Source of the DNA: Acholeplasma laidlawii PG-8A
Lineage (GTDB): Bacteria > Bacillota_I > Bacilli_A > Acholeplasmatales > Acholeplasmataceae
Reading direction: 5' to 3'
NCBI RefSeq assembly: GCF_000018785.1
Contig: NC_010163.1
Location: 1,320,001-1,352,000 of the forward strand
Length of the DNA: 32,000 bases
Shown here: piece by piece, positions 9,199-16,250 of the stretch
Layout: each line of letters opens with the position of its first letter
How positions within the stretch are numbered: the first letter of the stretch is position 1
Notes under the pieces: generated by a model
Told to the model about the DNA's origin: nothing
Databases searched by the model: none
What the model saw: only the letters and a program-made list of their open reading frames with translations
Translations under genes and position numbers: made by a program

Positions 9199-10966
9199 AT
9201 AACTCCTTCATCAGTTGTGTCTCTTCTTCTTCAAGTTGTTTAATCTCAGCGAATATATCTGAGGAGGCCTTTGGAGGAATAAACTTATAAAACAGTCTTG
9301 TAAATGGTATTTCATAACCGACTTTGTCTTTGCTTCGATCCATCCAAGCTGATGAATTATAAGGTAATACATTATCTTTAAAGAAAGCTTCGATATTTTC
9401 TTGTAATGGTACCAATTCAGTATCACGTTTCTTAGAGTCTGCTTGAAGTTTTCCTTTTTTAAGAATTGGTTTACCATTTTCATCTGTAATTGGTGATTCA
9501 ACAGTTACTTTTGTGTACCCAAAGAAATCATTATCAAAGATTTTTGATTCAACAACTAAGTCATTTTCTTCATATTTTACTTCTTTGAAATCTAAATAGG
9601 CTTTAGTAATTAAGTCAATTGATGTATCATCTAGGTCAACACGCTTCTTACCAATGTTTTTTCTTCTTTTCACATAGCAATTAGAAGCATCAATGAGTTG
9701 AATTTTTCCTAATCGTTCTTTATTTTTATTTTTAGAAACTATCCAAACATATGTTGATATACCAGTATTGTAGAAAAGGTCAGTTGGTAATTGAATAATT
9801 GCTTCTAACAAATCACTTTCAATTAAGTATTTTCTAATTTCACTCGGACCACTACCAGCATCTCCAGTAAAGAGTGAAGACCCGTTTTGAATGATTGCCA
9901 TTCTACCAGAACCTTCTTTTAATTTCTTTACACCATTAAGTAGGAAGAGCATTTGTCCATCACTAATTGCAGGCAACCCTGGTCCAAATCTGCCATCATA
10001 ACCTAATTTAGCATATTCTTGTTTGACTTGTTTTTCTTCAAGCTTCCAATCAATACCAAACGGTGGATTAGAAATGATATAGTCAAATTCATAATTTGAA
10101 AATTGATCGTCACTTAGTGTATCGCCAAACTTCATGTTTTGAGCGTTTCCACCTTTGATGAGCATATCGGCTTTTGCGATTGCATAGGTTTCTGGATTAA
10201 ACTCTTGACCAAATAGAGATAACTTTGAATCGAAGTTAATCTCTTTCATTTTCTCATCAAGACAACCTAACATCTGTGATGTTCCCATAGCCATGTCATA
10301 TGCAGTTTTAACGACACCATTTTGTTTAATATGTTCTTTTTCGTTTGCAACTAATAACTCAGCCATCAAATAAATGATGTCTCTTGAAGTAAAGTGAGCC
10401 CCTGCTTGTTCATCATAGGATTCAGAGAACTTACGGATAAGTTCTTCAAAAATATAGCCCATGTCCATGGAGGTGATTTTATCCGGATGCATATCAGCTT
10501 TCTTAGAATTAAACTCCTGTATAACAACATAAAGGACATTCCCTTTATGCATTGTTTCTAGGACTTGTTCAAATTTAAAGTTGGAAATAATATCTTTTAC
10601 GTTATCAGAGAATCCTTTTAAGTATGTATCAAAATTAGATGCGATGTTATCTGGATCAGCTAAAAGGTTTTCAAATGTAAATGGGCTAACATTATAAAAG
10701 TCATATCCAGTAGTTTTGCATATTAATCCATCTTTAATTGCATCAATCGTTTTTTGTTCATTTAATTTCTTATTGAGTGATAAAACTTCCTGTTTCGTTT
10801 CTTTTAAAGCGTCATCAAATCTTTTTAGTACCGTCATCGGTAAGATAACCTTACCGTACTCATGTGGCTTAAATAATCCAACAAGATGATTAGCGATTGC
10901 CCAAATTAGATTTGCTTTCTCTTGAATATTGGTTGTAGTTAATTTACCTATCTCTGCAGTTGTCAT
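9185..10966 (-). CDS. hsdM: Type I restriction-modification N6-adenine methyltransferase (HsdM)
   Basis: N-terminal HsdM-like helical domain, AHFTSRDIIYLMAELL, and intact motif IV (FDYIISNPPFGIDWK). It overlaps the hsdS start. Confidence 0.95.
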   Translation of the reverse strand: MTTAEIGKLTTTNIQEKANLIWAIANHLVGLFKPHEYGKVILPMTVLKRFDDALKETKQEVLSLNKKLNEQKTIDAIKDGLICKTTGYDFYNVSPFTFENLLADPDNIASNFDTYLKGFSDNVKDIISNFKFEQVLETMHKGNVLYVVIQEFNSKKADMHPDKITSMDMGYIFEELIRKFSESYDEQAGAHFTSRDIIYLMAELLVANEKEHIKQNGVVKTAYDMAMGTSQMLGCLDEKMKEINFDSKLSLFGQEFNPETYAIAKADMLIKGGNAQNMKFGDTLSDDQFSNYEFDYIISNPPFGIDWKLEEKQVKQEYAKLGYDGRFGPGLPAISDGQMLFLLNGVKKLKEGSGRMAIIQNGSSLFTGDAGSGPSEIRKYLIESDLLEAIIQLPTDLFYNTGISTYVWIVSKNKNKERLGKIQLIDASNCYVKRRKNIGKKRVDLDDTSIDLITKAYLDFKEVKYEENDLVVESKIFDNDFFGYTKVTVESPITDENGKPILKKGKLQADSKKRDTELVPLQENIEAFFKDNVLPYNSSAWMDRSKDKVGYEIPFTRLFYKFIPPKASSDIFAEIKQLEEEETQLMKELFGNE

Positions 10967-11024
10967 ATTATCTCTTCTTTCTTATTTCATTAGCAATACA
11001 AAAATCGATCTTCATATTAAAAAA

Positions 11025-11030
11025 ATTATA
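11025..11030 (-). promoter_or_regulatory. Candidate -10 box (TATAAT) for the hsdM operon
   Basis: Reverse strand GTTATAAT, ~60 bp upstream of the hsdM start. The -35 is weak. Confidence 0.4.
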
Positions 11031-11108
11031 ACATATTTTAGCAACTTTTAACTTTGATTGTTTATTAAACAATATCATTCTTCCATTTTTATAAAACCTA
11101 TTAATAGT

Positions 11109-11630
11109 CTAATATTCATCTAAAGCATCGAAATAGCGTGTTGATATAATGGCTTTTTCGAAGTTTGTTTTAGTAATTTTTAATTTGTTATTTGCTTCTA
11201 AAAATTGTACACGTGGATACTCTGATGGATTACTTTTTATTGTAGCTATAAGACTAGAATTATCACCCATACCTGTTTGACTATGCGGAATAGGTCCAAT
11301 TAGTAGATCTGAATACTTTGTTGAAAACCTAAGTGTATCAACCGGGTATCTCTTGAGTTCTGAATAGTCATCAATAAACTCAACATTATTTAGATTAATA
11401 TCTAGTCTAGTTAATACTCCTTGGAAGTCCTTTTTCTTTCCCGCTAATGATCCAAATACTAGGATTTTCATTAGTCTCGTGTTTACAGAAATGCTTGTTT
11501 CCTCAAATACAATACCATATCGTTCTAAAATCTCTTCAATTAATCCATCTTCATTAGCACGGTCAACTTCACTTGATATTTTTCTAATAATTTTTTGTTT
11601 TATCTCGGATAACTGCTTTGCATTATACAC
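11109..11630 (-). CDS. Hypothetical protein with C-terminal GPxPHSxxGxGDxSS motif, partner of the HsdM/S-like fusion
   Basis: 173-aa ORF. MKILVFGSLAGKKK...YSELKRYPVDTLRFSTKYSDLLIGPIPHSQTGMGDNSSLI looks like a small alternating alpha/beta domain. It starts at the 1-nt stop/start junction (TAATG) of the upstream gene. Confidence 0.7.
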   Translation of the reverse strand: MYNAKQLSEIKQKIIRKISSEVDRANEDGLIEEILERYGIVFEETSISVNTRLMKILVFGSLAGKKKDFQGVLTRLDINLNNVEFIDDYSELKRYPVDTLRFSTKYSDLLIGPIPHSQTGMGDNSSLIATIKSNPSEYPRVQFLEANNKLKITKTNFEKAIISTRYFDALDEY

Positions 11631-13309
11631 TAAGATAGTACCTCCTCTATTTCTTCATAATAGAAGTTTTTGAGTTCGTCTTCTATCTTTAGGATTTCTG
11701 CCTTAAGTGCCATTAAAGAAGATAGTTTTCTATTATATTTTTTAGATATATTATATTGAACATCTAGTTGAGGTAGTGGGATAATTATATTCGAAAGTTC
11801 TGTAGCGTTAATTGTAATTATCGATATACCTTTTTGAATACTCTTTAATAATAATTGTCCTTGATCTGATTCTAAGAAAACCTTAAGAAATGTTGGATTC
11901 AATTTACTCTTGTCAACACGAGCAATGATCATACCACCAGTTACAATAATTTTATCCTTTGGTTCAAAATCGATGACTGCTATTTTAACCTTAGATGATT
12001 TGCTTGTTATAATGACATCCTCATATTCCAAAGCAAATTTATCTAACTTACCATCTTTATTATCGATATTTTGTAGATTTGATTCATCAATGAGTCCGTC
12101 TTGTATATCACTAGATGTAAGCAATTTATAACCTGTATTTTCATCAGTTAATGCTTCTTGAAAGTTTCTAACTGTGTATTGTGAGCCTGTAAAAACATGT
12201 GCAACCTCACTCAATTTAACACCATTTATTGGTGAATCTATTGTTAATAGTGCTGTCGAAGGAATCCAATTAGATAAATCTGTTAATTCTGAAATATCTT
12301 TTTTAGCTACATCATTTCCATAATAGAAATCTATTATTTGTTTTACATCTACTTTAATAGGTCCATTAAACTTTCTTTTTGATGAGAACATACTCGCATC
12401 AAATAGACGAACATTCTTATTATTTTTACTAAAGATAAGTAAGAATAACTTGATCGATGTATTATCGACAATTCCTTGTGGTAACTCAATGATACCTTCA
12501 AGCATGCCACTCTTTAGTATTTCATTTCGATAGTCTCTATCAACTGCACTAAATAATGTACGACCAGTAACAAGCGCTACCGCTCTAGCGTCTTCACCTT
12601 TTAAATTGCTTAATAATTTATCAATAAATATCCATTCAACAGAGTTTCGAGTGGATAGAACAATATTTTTAAAAATAGAAATATAGTTTAGATCATTACC
12701 CATTAACTTCATACCTAAAGGTGGATAGACAAACCCTTTATTATAAGTTAGTTCGTATTTATCGGTTAGGATATTAGCATAGTTAATCTTACTCTTTACC
12801 GAAGAATCAAAGGTGAATATTTCTAGTACCATCTTAGAAAGTGCATGTTGATTATAGTTAATTTCCACACCATATAAAGCAGACAACTCAATTGAACGTT
12901 CCTGAGCTAAATTCAATGTACCAATTAAAAAACCACCTAATCCACTACCTAAATCAAAAAGTGAATCACCATTTGATAGTTCAAGTAACTCTGAAGCTAA
13001 TGCTAACAGATTATCATTCGAATTATCCATAAATCTCTGTTTTATAAATAGAGAACTAGAAACGAATCCTTTTATTTCATCGAAACTTAAGTCCAAAAAC
13101 ATATTTTCTAAATCAAATTTTAGGTCACTTGGTATTCTTTCTAATGATTCTCCAGCAATGTTAAGTAATTCTGTTTCATTTCCCGGTATTAAATCATTAC
13201 TATTGCAATAATCATATGCAAATGAAATAACAAATTCAACCACCATTTCTTCAGGCACACGTCCTCTGACTCTGTTTGCAAATTCCCATACTAAATTTTT
13301 ATTTTCCAT
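11630..13309 (-). CDS. N6-DNA-methylase-like protein fused to an HsdS-like TRD; degenerate catalytic motif IV
   Basis: Motif I-like LFDLGSGLGGFLIGTLNL and motif II-like YGVEINYNQHA. The expected NPPF is YPPL (NKGFVYPPLGMKL). The C-terminus is S-like: VKLSEVAHVFTGSQYTV...NATELSNIIIPLPQLDVQYNISKKY. Confidence 0.75.
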   Translation of the reverse strand: MENKNLVWEFANRVRGRVPEEMVVEFVISFAYDYCNSNDLIPGNETELLNIAGESLERIPSDLKFDLENMFLDLSFDEIKGFVSSSLFIKQRFMDNSNDNLLALASELLELSNGDSLFDLGSGLGGFLIGTLNLAQERSIELSALYGVEINYNQHALSKMVLEIFTFDSSVKSKINYANILTDKYELTYNKGFVYPPLGMKLMGNDLNYISIFKNIVLSTRNSVEWIFIDKLLSNLKGEDARAVALVTGRTLFSAVDRDYRNEILKSGMLEGIIELPQGIVDNTSIKLFLLIFSKNNKNVRLFDASMFSSKRKFNGPIKVDVKQIIDFYYGNDVAKKDISELTDLSNWIPSTALLTIDSPINGVKLSEVAHVFTGSQYTVRNFQEALTDENTGYKLLTSSDIQDGLIDESNLQNIDNKDGKLDKFALEYEDVIITSKSSKVKIAVIDFEPKDKIIVTGGMIIARVDKSKLNPTFLKVFLESDQGQLLLKSIQKGISIITINATELSNIIIPLPQLDVQYNISKKYNRKLSSLMALKAEILKIEDELKNFYYEEIEEVLS

Positions 13310-13331
13310 AACTACCTCTCACTTTCATAAT

Positions 13332-13351
13332 TTAAGTTTACACAAACGTAA
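13332..13351. promoter_or_regulatory. Candidate operator box A (TTAAGTTTacacAAACGTAA)
   Basis: 20-bp near-palindrome overlapping the -10 box. Its arms are identical to those of box B at 13372. Confidence 0.6.
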
Positions 13352-13363
13352 TTCAAAAGTCAA
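13335..13363 (-). promoter_or_regulatory. Sigma-A type promoter for the 13309->11109 gene pair
   Basis: Reverse strand TTGACT (13363-13358), 17-bp spacer, TAAACT (13340-13335), followed by a GAGAGG RBS before the ATG. Confidence 0.75.
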
Positions 13364-13371
13364 GCGCTTTT

Positions 13372-13391
13372 TTAAGTTTGTTAAAACGTAA
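13372..13391. promoter_or_regulatory. Candidate operator box B (TTAAGTTTgttaAAACGTAA)
   Basis: Second copy, starting exactly 40 bp from box A, upstream of the -35. Only the 4 central bases differ. Confidence 0.6.
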
Positions 13392-13413
13392 TGATAAATA
13401 GCGCCCGAAATAC

Positions 13414-13444
13414 AAAAAAGGTCTGATACAAATTGTATCAAACC
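13414..13444 (-). terminator. Intrinsic terminator of the tRNA array
   Basis: Reverse strand GGTTTGATACaatttGTATCAGACC followed by TTTTTTG. Confidence 0.85.
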
Positions 13445-13458
13445 ATTTCAATTCAATA

Positions 13459-13543
13459 TGGTGCGGGTGACAGGACTTGAACCTGCATGCCGTAAAGCGC
13501 TAGATCCTAAGTCTAGTGCGTCTGCCAATTTCGCCACACCCGC
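13459..13543 (-). tRNA. tRNA-Leu (anticodon UAG)
   Basis: Acceptor GCGGGTG/CACCCGC, anticodon stem-loop CTAGA-CTTAGGA-TCTAG, variable arm, T-arm GGTTCAAGTCC, encoded CCA. Confidence 0.95.
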
Positions 13544-13570
13544 ATGGATAGTGGACTTTCTTTATAAAAA

Positions 13571-13645
13571 TGGCAGGCCCAGCAGGATTTGAACCTACGA
13601 GTGACGGAGTCAAAGTCCGTTGCCTTACCGCTTGGCTATGGGCCT
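13571..13645 (-). tRNA. tRNA-Gln (anticodon UUG)
   Basis: Acceptor AGGCCCA/TGGGCCT, anticodon arm ACGGA-CTTTGAC-TCCGT, GGTTCAAATCC, encoded CCA. Confidence 0.93.
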
Positions 13646-13668
13646 ACATTTTATTTAATTCGCAATTA

Positions 13669-13745
13669 TGGGGCGGCCGAGGGGAATTGAACCCCCGAGT
13701 GTCGGCGCCACAAGCCGATGCGTTAACCACTTCGCCACAACCGCC
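13669..13745 (-). tRNA. tRNA-His (anticodon GUG), including G-1
   Basis: Extra 5' G opposite discriminator C, anticodon arm TCGGC-TTGTGGC-GCCGA, GGTTCAATTCC, encoded CCA. Confidence 0.93.
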
Positions 13746-13763
13746 ATACTTTGCGCAAGTATT

Positions 13764-13791
13764 ATTATACCAACTTATTTTATTTTGTAAA
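13764..13791 (-). promoter_or_regulatory. Promoter of the tRNA-His/Gln/Leu array
   Basis: Reverse strand TTTACA, 16-bp spacer, TATAAT, ~20 bp upstream of tRNA-His. Confidence 0.7.
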
Positions 13792-13874
13792 GTTAAAATT
13801 TCGGAAAAATAAGTTTTTTATATCCTTTACAAGATATATTTGATATTATATAAAAGAAAGGAAGTAATTGCAAG

Positions 13875-14927
13875 ATGAAATGGATTGGAAGAATACTATA
13901 TATTTTATTTGTTTTAATCGTAATTGGCTTTATTGAACTAATCGGTGGCGGTGTACAAGGTATCCGTGTATCAGAGTATATCTACAATAATGTAACAAAA
14001 AACGCTATAGATAATGAAAATTACGATATGTTTGAGGGTTTAGGCCACTTAAACGCTGTTTCAAACACTTACTACTCAAAAGATCAAATTAAAACATTAG
14101 ATGGTCAAAACTTCTATGATACGACTACAGAATCAATTGATGAAAAATATCAAGTAAAACTTGGTATGTACCCACATGCAGTAGTCCACAAAAACCCACA
14201 ATTTGATTTATACAGTGATGGCTTCTTTGTTTTACTTGAAGATTTTTCAGATGATGTTGCATATTATAGTTTAGAAGTTACTGCATACTATGCACAAGAC
14301 CCTGAGAAAAAACAAATTGTTTTAAAAGATAAAAATTATTTAAATATCTATTCTGACATAAGAGCATCAAACGCAAATAGAGCATCATTTAGAGTAGCTC
14401 TAATTGCTAATAATAGTTTTGCAAATCACATTTTAGAAACAAACAAAGATTATACCTTCCCAGAAGGATATAACTTTGAATACCACATTCAAGCAATCGA
14501 TGTGTTTGCAACAATCATTGATCCTGAAAAACCAGATACTCCAGAACGTGTACATGTCTACAGAATTACTGATGGTACTACCTTCGCTTCTGGTACACCA
14601 ATGGTAACTCATACGAACCTTAACCTAGCACCTGAAAACTATAACTTCTCAAGAGGAATGAATGGTGTAGAACCAACAGCTGATAATAACCCACACAACT
14701 TAGTGCTTGATTATCACCCAGCAGACTTATCACCATATAACTTTGCTTACTGGATTGTATATTCAATCTACTTCTTATTATTTGTTGTAGTACCTTACTT
14801 CTGGTTTGTTCATAAATATGTTATGAAAGCTATTAGAAAAAATAAGGCCGATGATGAGCCAAAAGGCAAAATAAGAAAACCACAACCTCAACTATTTAGT
14901 GACGTTGAACCTAAGAGCGATAAATAA
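13875..14927 (+). CDS. Membrane protein of unknown function (N- and C-terminal TM, large extracytoplasmic region)
   Basis: 350-aa ORF with TM segments ILYILFVLIVIGFIELIGG and FAYWIVYSIYFLLFVVVPYFWFV, and a good upstream RBS. Confidence 0.8.
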   Translation: MKWIGRILYILFVLIVIGFIELIGGGVQGIRVSEYIYNNVTKNAIDNENYDMFEGLGHLNAVSNTYYSKDQIKTLDGQNFYDTTTESIDEKYQVKLGMYPHAVVHKNPQFDLYSDGFFVLLEDFSDDVAYYSLEVTAYYAQDPEKKQIVLKDKNYLNIYSDIRASNANRASFRVALIANNSFANHILETNKDYTFPEGYNFEYHIQAIDVFATIIDPEKPDTPERVHVYRITDGTTFASGTPMVTHTNLNLAPENYNFSRGMNGVEPTADNNPHNLVLDYHPADLSPYNFAYWIVYSIYFLLFVVVPYFWFVHKYVMKAIRKNKADDEPKGKIRKPQPQLFSDVEPKSDK

Positions 14928-14942
14928 TCGCTCTTTTTTTTA
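14913..14942 (+). terminator. Intrinsic terminator overlapping the end of the 13875-14927 CDS
   Basis: AAGAGCGATaaataATCGCTCTTTTTTT; the stop codon lies in the loop. Confidence 0.85.
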
Positions 14943-14953
14943 TTTTTCCATTA

Positions 14954-15000
14954 AATATGATGTAAACATATGCGATGCAACCAAAAGTTTACATCATATT
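14954..15000. repeat. 14-bp perfect inverted repeat upstream of the XRE-type gene
   Basis: AATATGATGTAAAC (14954-14967) and GTTTACATCATATT (14987-15000), 19-nt spacer. Confidence 0.85.
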
Positions 15001-15018
15001 ACCTTAAAGTTGGTGGTA

Positions 15019-15046
15019 TTGATATTTAGATTTGCTAAAATATAAG
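15019..15046 (+). promoter_or_regulatory. Promoter of the XRE-type regulator
   Basis: TTGATA, 16-bp spacer, TATAAG, followed by RBS AGGAGG. Confidence 0.6.
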
Positions 15047-15069
15047 TAACATTTATTAGGAGGATTCAT

Positions 15070-15765
15070 ATGACTACAGGTCAAAGACTTGCAAAACTAA
15101 GAAAAGATCACAATTATACTCAAGAGGAGTTAGGTGAGTTACTAGATGTATCTAGACAATCTATATCCAAATGGGAATCTGATCAAGCATTTCCAGAAAC
15201 ACAAAAATTAATAGAGTTATCCAAACTCTATCAGACTTCAGTAGATTATCTACTTGGCAATGAAAACGAACATACACAATCCAATATAGGTGATTCTACT
15301 CATACCAATGAACCATTTAAAATGACACCTAAGTTATTTACAATGATTTGGGGTGTCACATATTTTGTAGTGATGTTACTTCTATATGCAGTACCCATAT
15401 TAAAAGTTACAATCACTACAGATCCGTTCTTTGGTAACATTGGTTTTACACTCAATATCACCAGTTATGACTTACTTAAAAACGGACCTGGTGATTACGG
15501 CAACTTCTTAGTATATTTGGGTTTGTTTGCTTTAATTGCATTTACTGCACTATCTGTCTTTATCTTTTTTACAAATCATCAAAGACTTTATAAGATACGC
15601 CGAATTATCTCAATCACTGAAGTAATTATATGGGCTATATTTACAGTATCCTTTATAGAAAGTATTCAATTAGGGATCATATTTATTATCTTACTTACTA
15701 TAATTAACCTAATATTACTATTTAAAGTCAAAAATAATCTAATTTCTACACCTATAAGCGCTTAA
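15070..15765 (+). CDS. XRE-family transcriptional regulator with C-terminal TM segments
   Basis: HTH region TTGQRLAKLRKDHNYTQEELGELLDVSRQSISKWESDQAFPETQKLIELSKLYQTSVDYLLG, followed by about four hydrophobic segments. Confidence 0.93.
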   Translation: MTTGQRLAKLRKDHNYTQEELGELLDVSRQSISKWESDQAFPETQKLIELSKLYQTSVDYLLGNENEHTQSNIGDSTHTNEPFKMTPKLFTMIWGVTYFVVMLLLYAVPILKVTITTDPFFGNIGFTLNITSYDLLKNGPGDYGNFLVYLGLFALIAFTALSVFIFFTNHQRLYKIRRIISITEVIIWAIFTVSFIESIQLGIIFIILLTIINLILLFKVKNNLISTPISA

Positions 15766-15792
15766 TAACAGCCTAAAACACCATAATTTAAT

Positions 15793-15847
15793 AAAATTAA
15801 GTTTTCAATGATATGATTTGTTCATTTTCAATTGAAAACTTAATTTT
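15793..15847. repeat. 17-bp perfect inverted repeat between the XRE-type gene and tRNA-Trp
   Basis: AAAATTAAGTTTTCAAT (15793-15809) and ATTGAAAACTTAATTTT (15831-15847). Confidence 0.85.
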
Positions 15848-15860
15848 GTTATGCTATACT
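15832..15860 (+). promoter_or_regulatory. Promoter of tRNA-Trp
   Basis: TTGAAA, 17-bp spacer, TATACT, ~15 bp upstream of the tRNA. Confidence 0.75.
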
Positions 15861-15874
15861 AATAAGGCGTGAAC

Positions 15875-15949
15875 GGGGGCATGGTGTCAACGGTAGCACA
15901 CAGGTCTCCAAAACCTTTAGTGTGGGTTCGAATCCTGCTGCCCTCGCCA
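15875..15949 (+). tRNA. tRNA-Trp (anticodon CCA)
   Basis: GGGGGCA/TGCCCTC acceptor, anticodon loop CTCCAAA, GGTTCGAATCC, encoded CCA. Confidence 0.93.
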
Positions 15950-15962
15950 TCTAATAATAAGC

Positions 15963-15991
15963 AATGTTGCATACGATGCAGCATTTTTTTT
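15963..15991 (+). terminator. Intrinsic terminator after tRNA-Trp
   Basis: AATGTTGCATacgATGCAGCATTTTTTTT. Confidence 0.85.
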
Positions 15992-16057
15992 ATACACTCG
16001 ACTATAATTGCTCTTCTTGCAATAATAGTCTAATTAGGTTTTTAGTCTAAATCATGC

Positions 16058-16063
16058 TATAAT
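16058..16063 (+). promoter_or_regulatory. -10 box for the mgtA leader transcript
   Basis: TATAAT, ~30 bp upstream of the leader-peptide ATG. The -35 is weak. Confidence 0.6.
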
Positions 16064-16087
16064 GAAAAAAGAAAGAGGTGAACAACT

Positions 16088-16171
16088 ATGGAAGATTCTC
16101 AGAGTAGGTATTACAAAGTGCATAATTTCAATAAATACGGCTTAATTAAGCAAGAGAATTTTTATGGTTGA
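16088..16171 (+). CDS. Candidate 27-aa leader peptide upstream of mgtA (MEDSQSRYYKVHNFNKYGLIKQENFYG)
   Basis: Not in the ORF track. RBS AAAGAGGTG then ATG, open to TGA. It lies between a promoter and an intrinsic terminator in the mgtA leader. Confidence 0.65.
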   Translation: MEDSQSRYYKVHNFNKYGLIKQENFYG

Positions 16172-16221
16172 AAACTATATCTTTTTCTATGTTTAATTAA
16201 CGCCTAGAGGGCGTTTTTTTT
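16139..16221 (+). promoter_or_regulatory. Candidate transcription attenuator (alternative antiterminator/terminator) in the mgtA leader
   Basis: GGCTTAATTAAGCA (16139-16152) can pair with TGTTTAATTAACGCC (16190-16204, one bulged C). This would sequester the AACGCC 5' arm of the terminator. Confidence 0.55.
16199..16221 (+). terminator. Intrinsic terminator in the mgtA leader
   Basis: AACGCC-TAGAG-GGCGTT followed by a T run. Confidence 0.75.
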
Positions 16222-16250
16222 ATGCCCAAACATTAAGGGAGGTTTTAAAC

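Noticed and set aside
11057-11073. ATTGTTTATTAAACAAT palindrome upstream of hsdM as a third copy of the 20-bp operator.
   Set aside because: It shares GTTT..AAAC but has a 3-bp spacer and different outer arms. It is more likely a weak terminator or coincidental AT-rich palindrome.
1-13310. CRISPR array or retron-like element in the accessory block.
   Set aside because: No regularly spaced repeats, Cas proteins or reverse transcriptase in any frame supplied.
13570-13812. 80-aa + strand ORF MAGPAGFEPTSDGVK...
   Set aside because: It is the antisense translation of tRNA-Gln and tRNA-His genes, a well-known spurious ORF pattern.
16064-16250. M-box or yybP-ykoY riboswitch in the mgtA leader.
   Set aside because: I could not recognise the conserved core of either class. 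A short ORF plus alternative hairpins explains the leader better. Infernal against Rfam would settle it.
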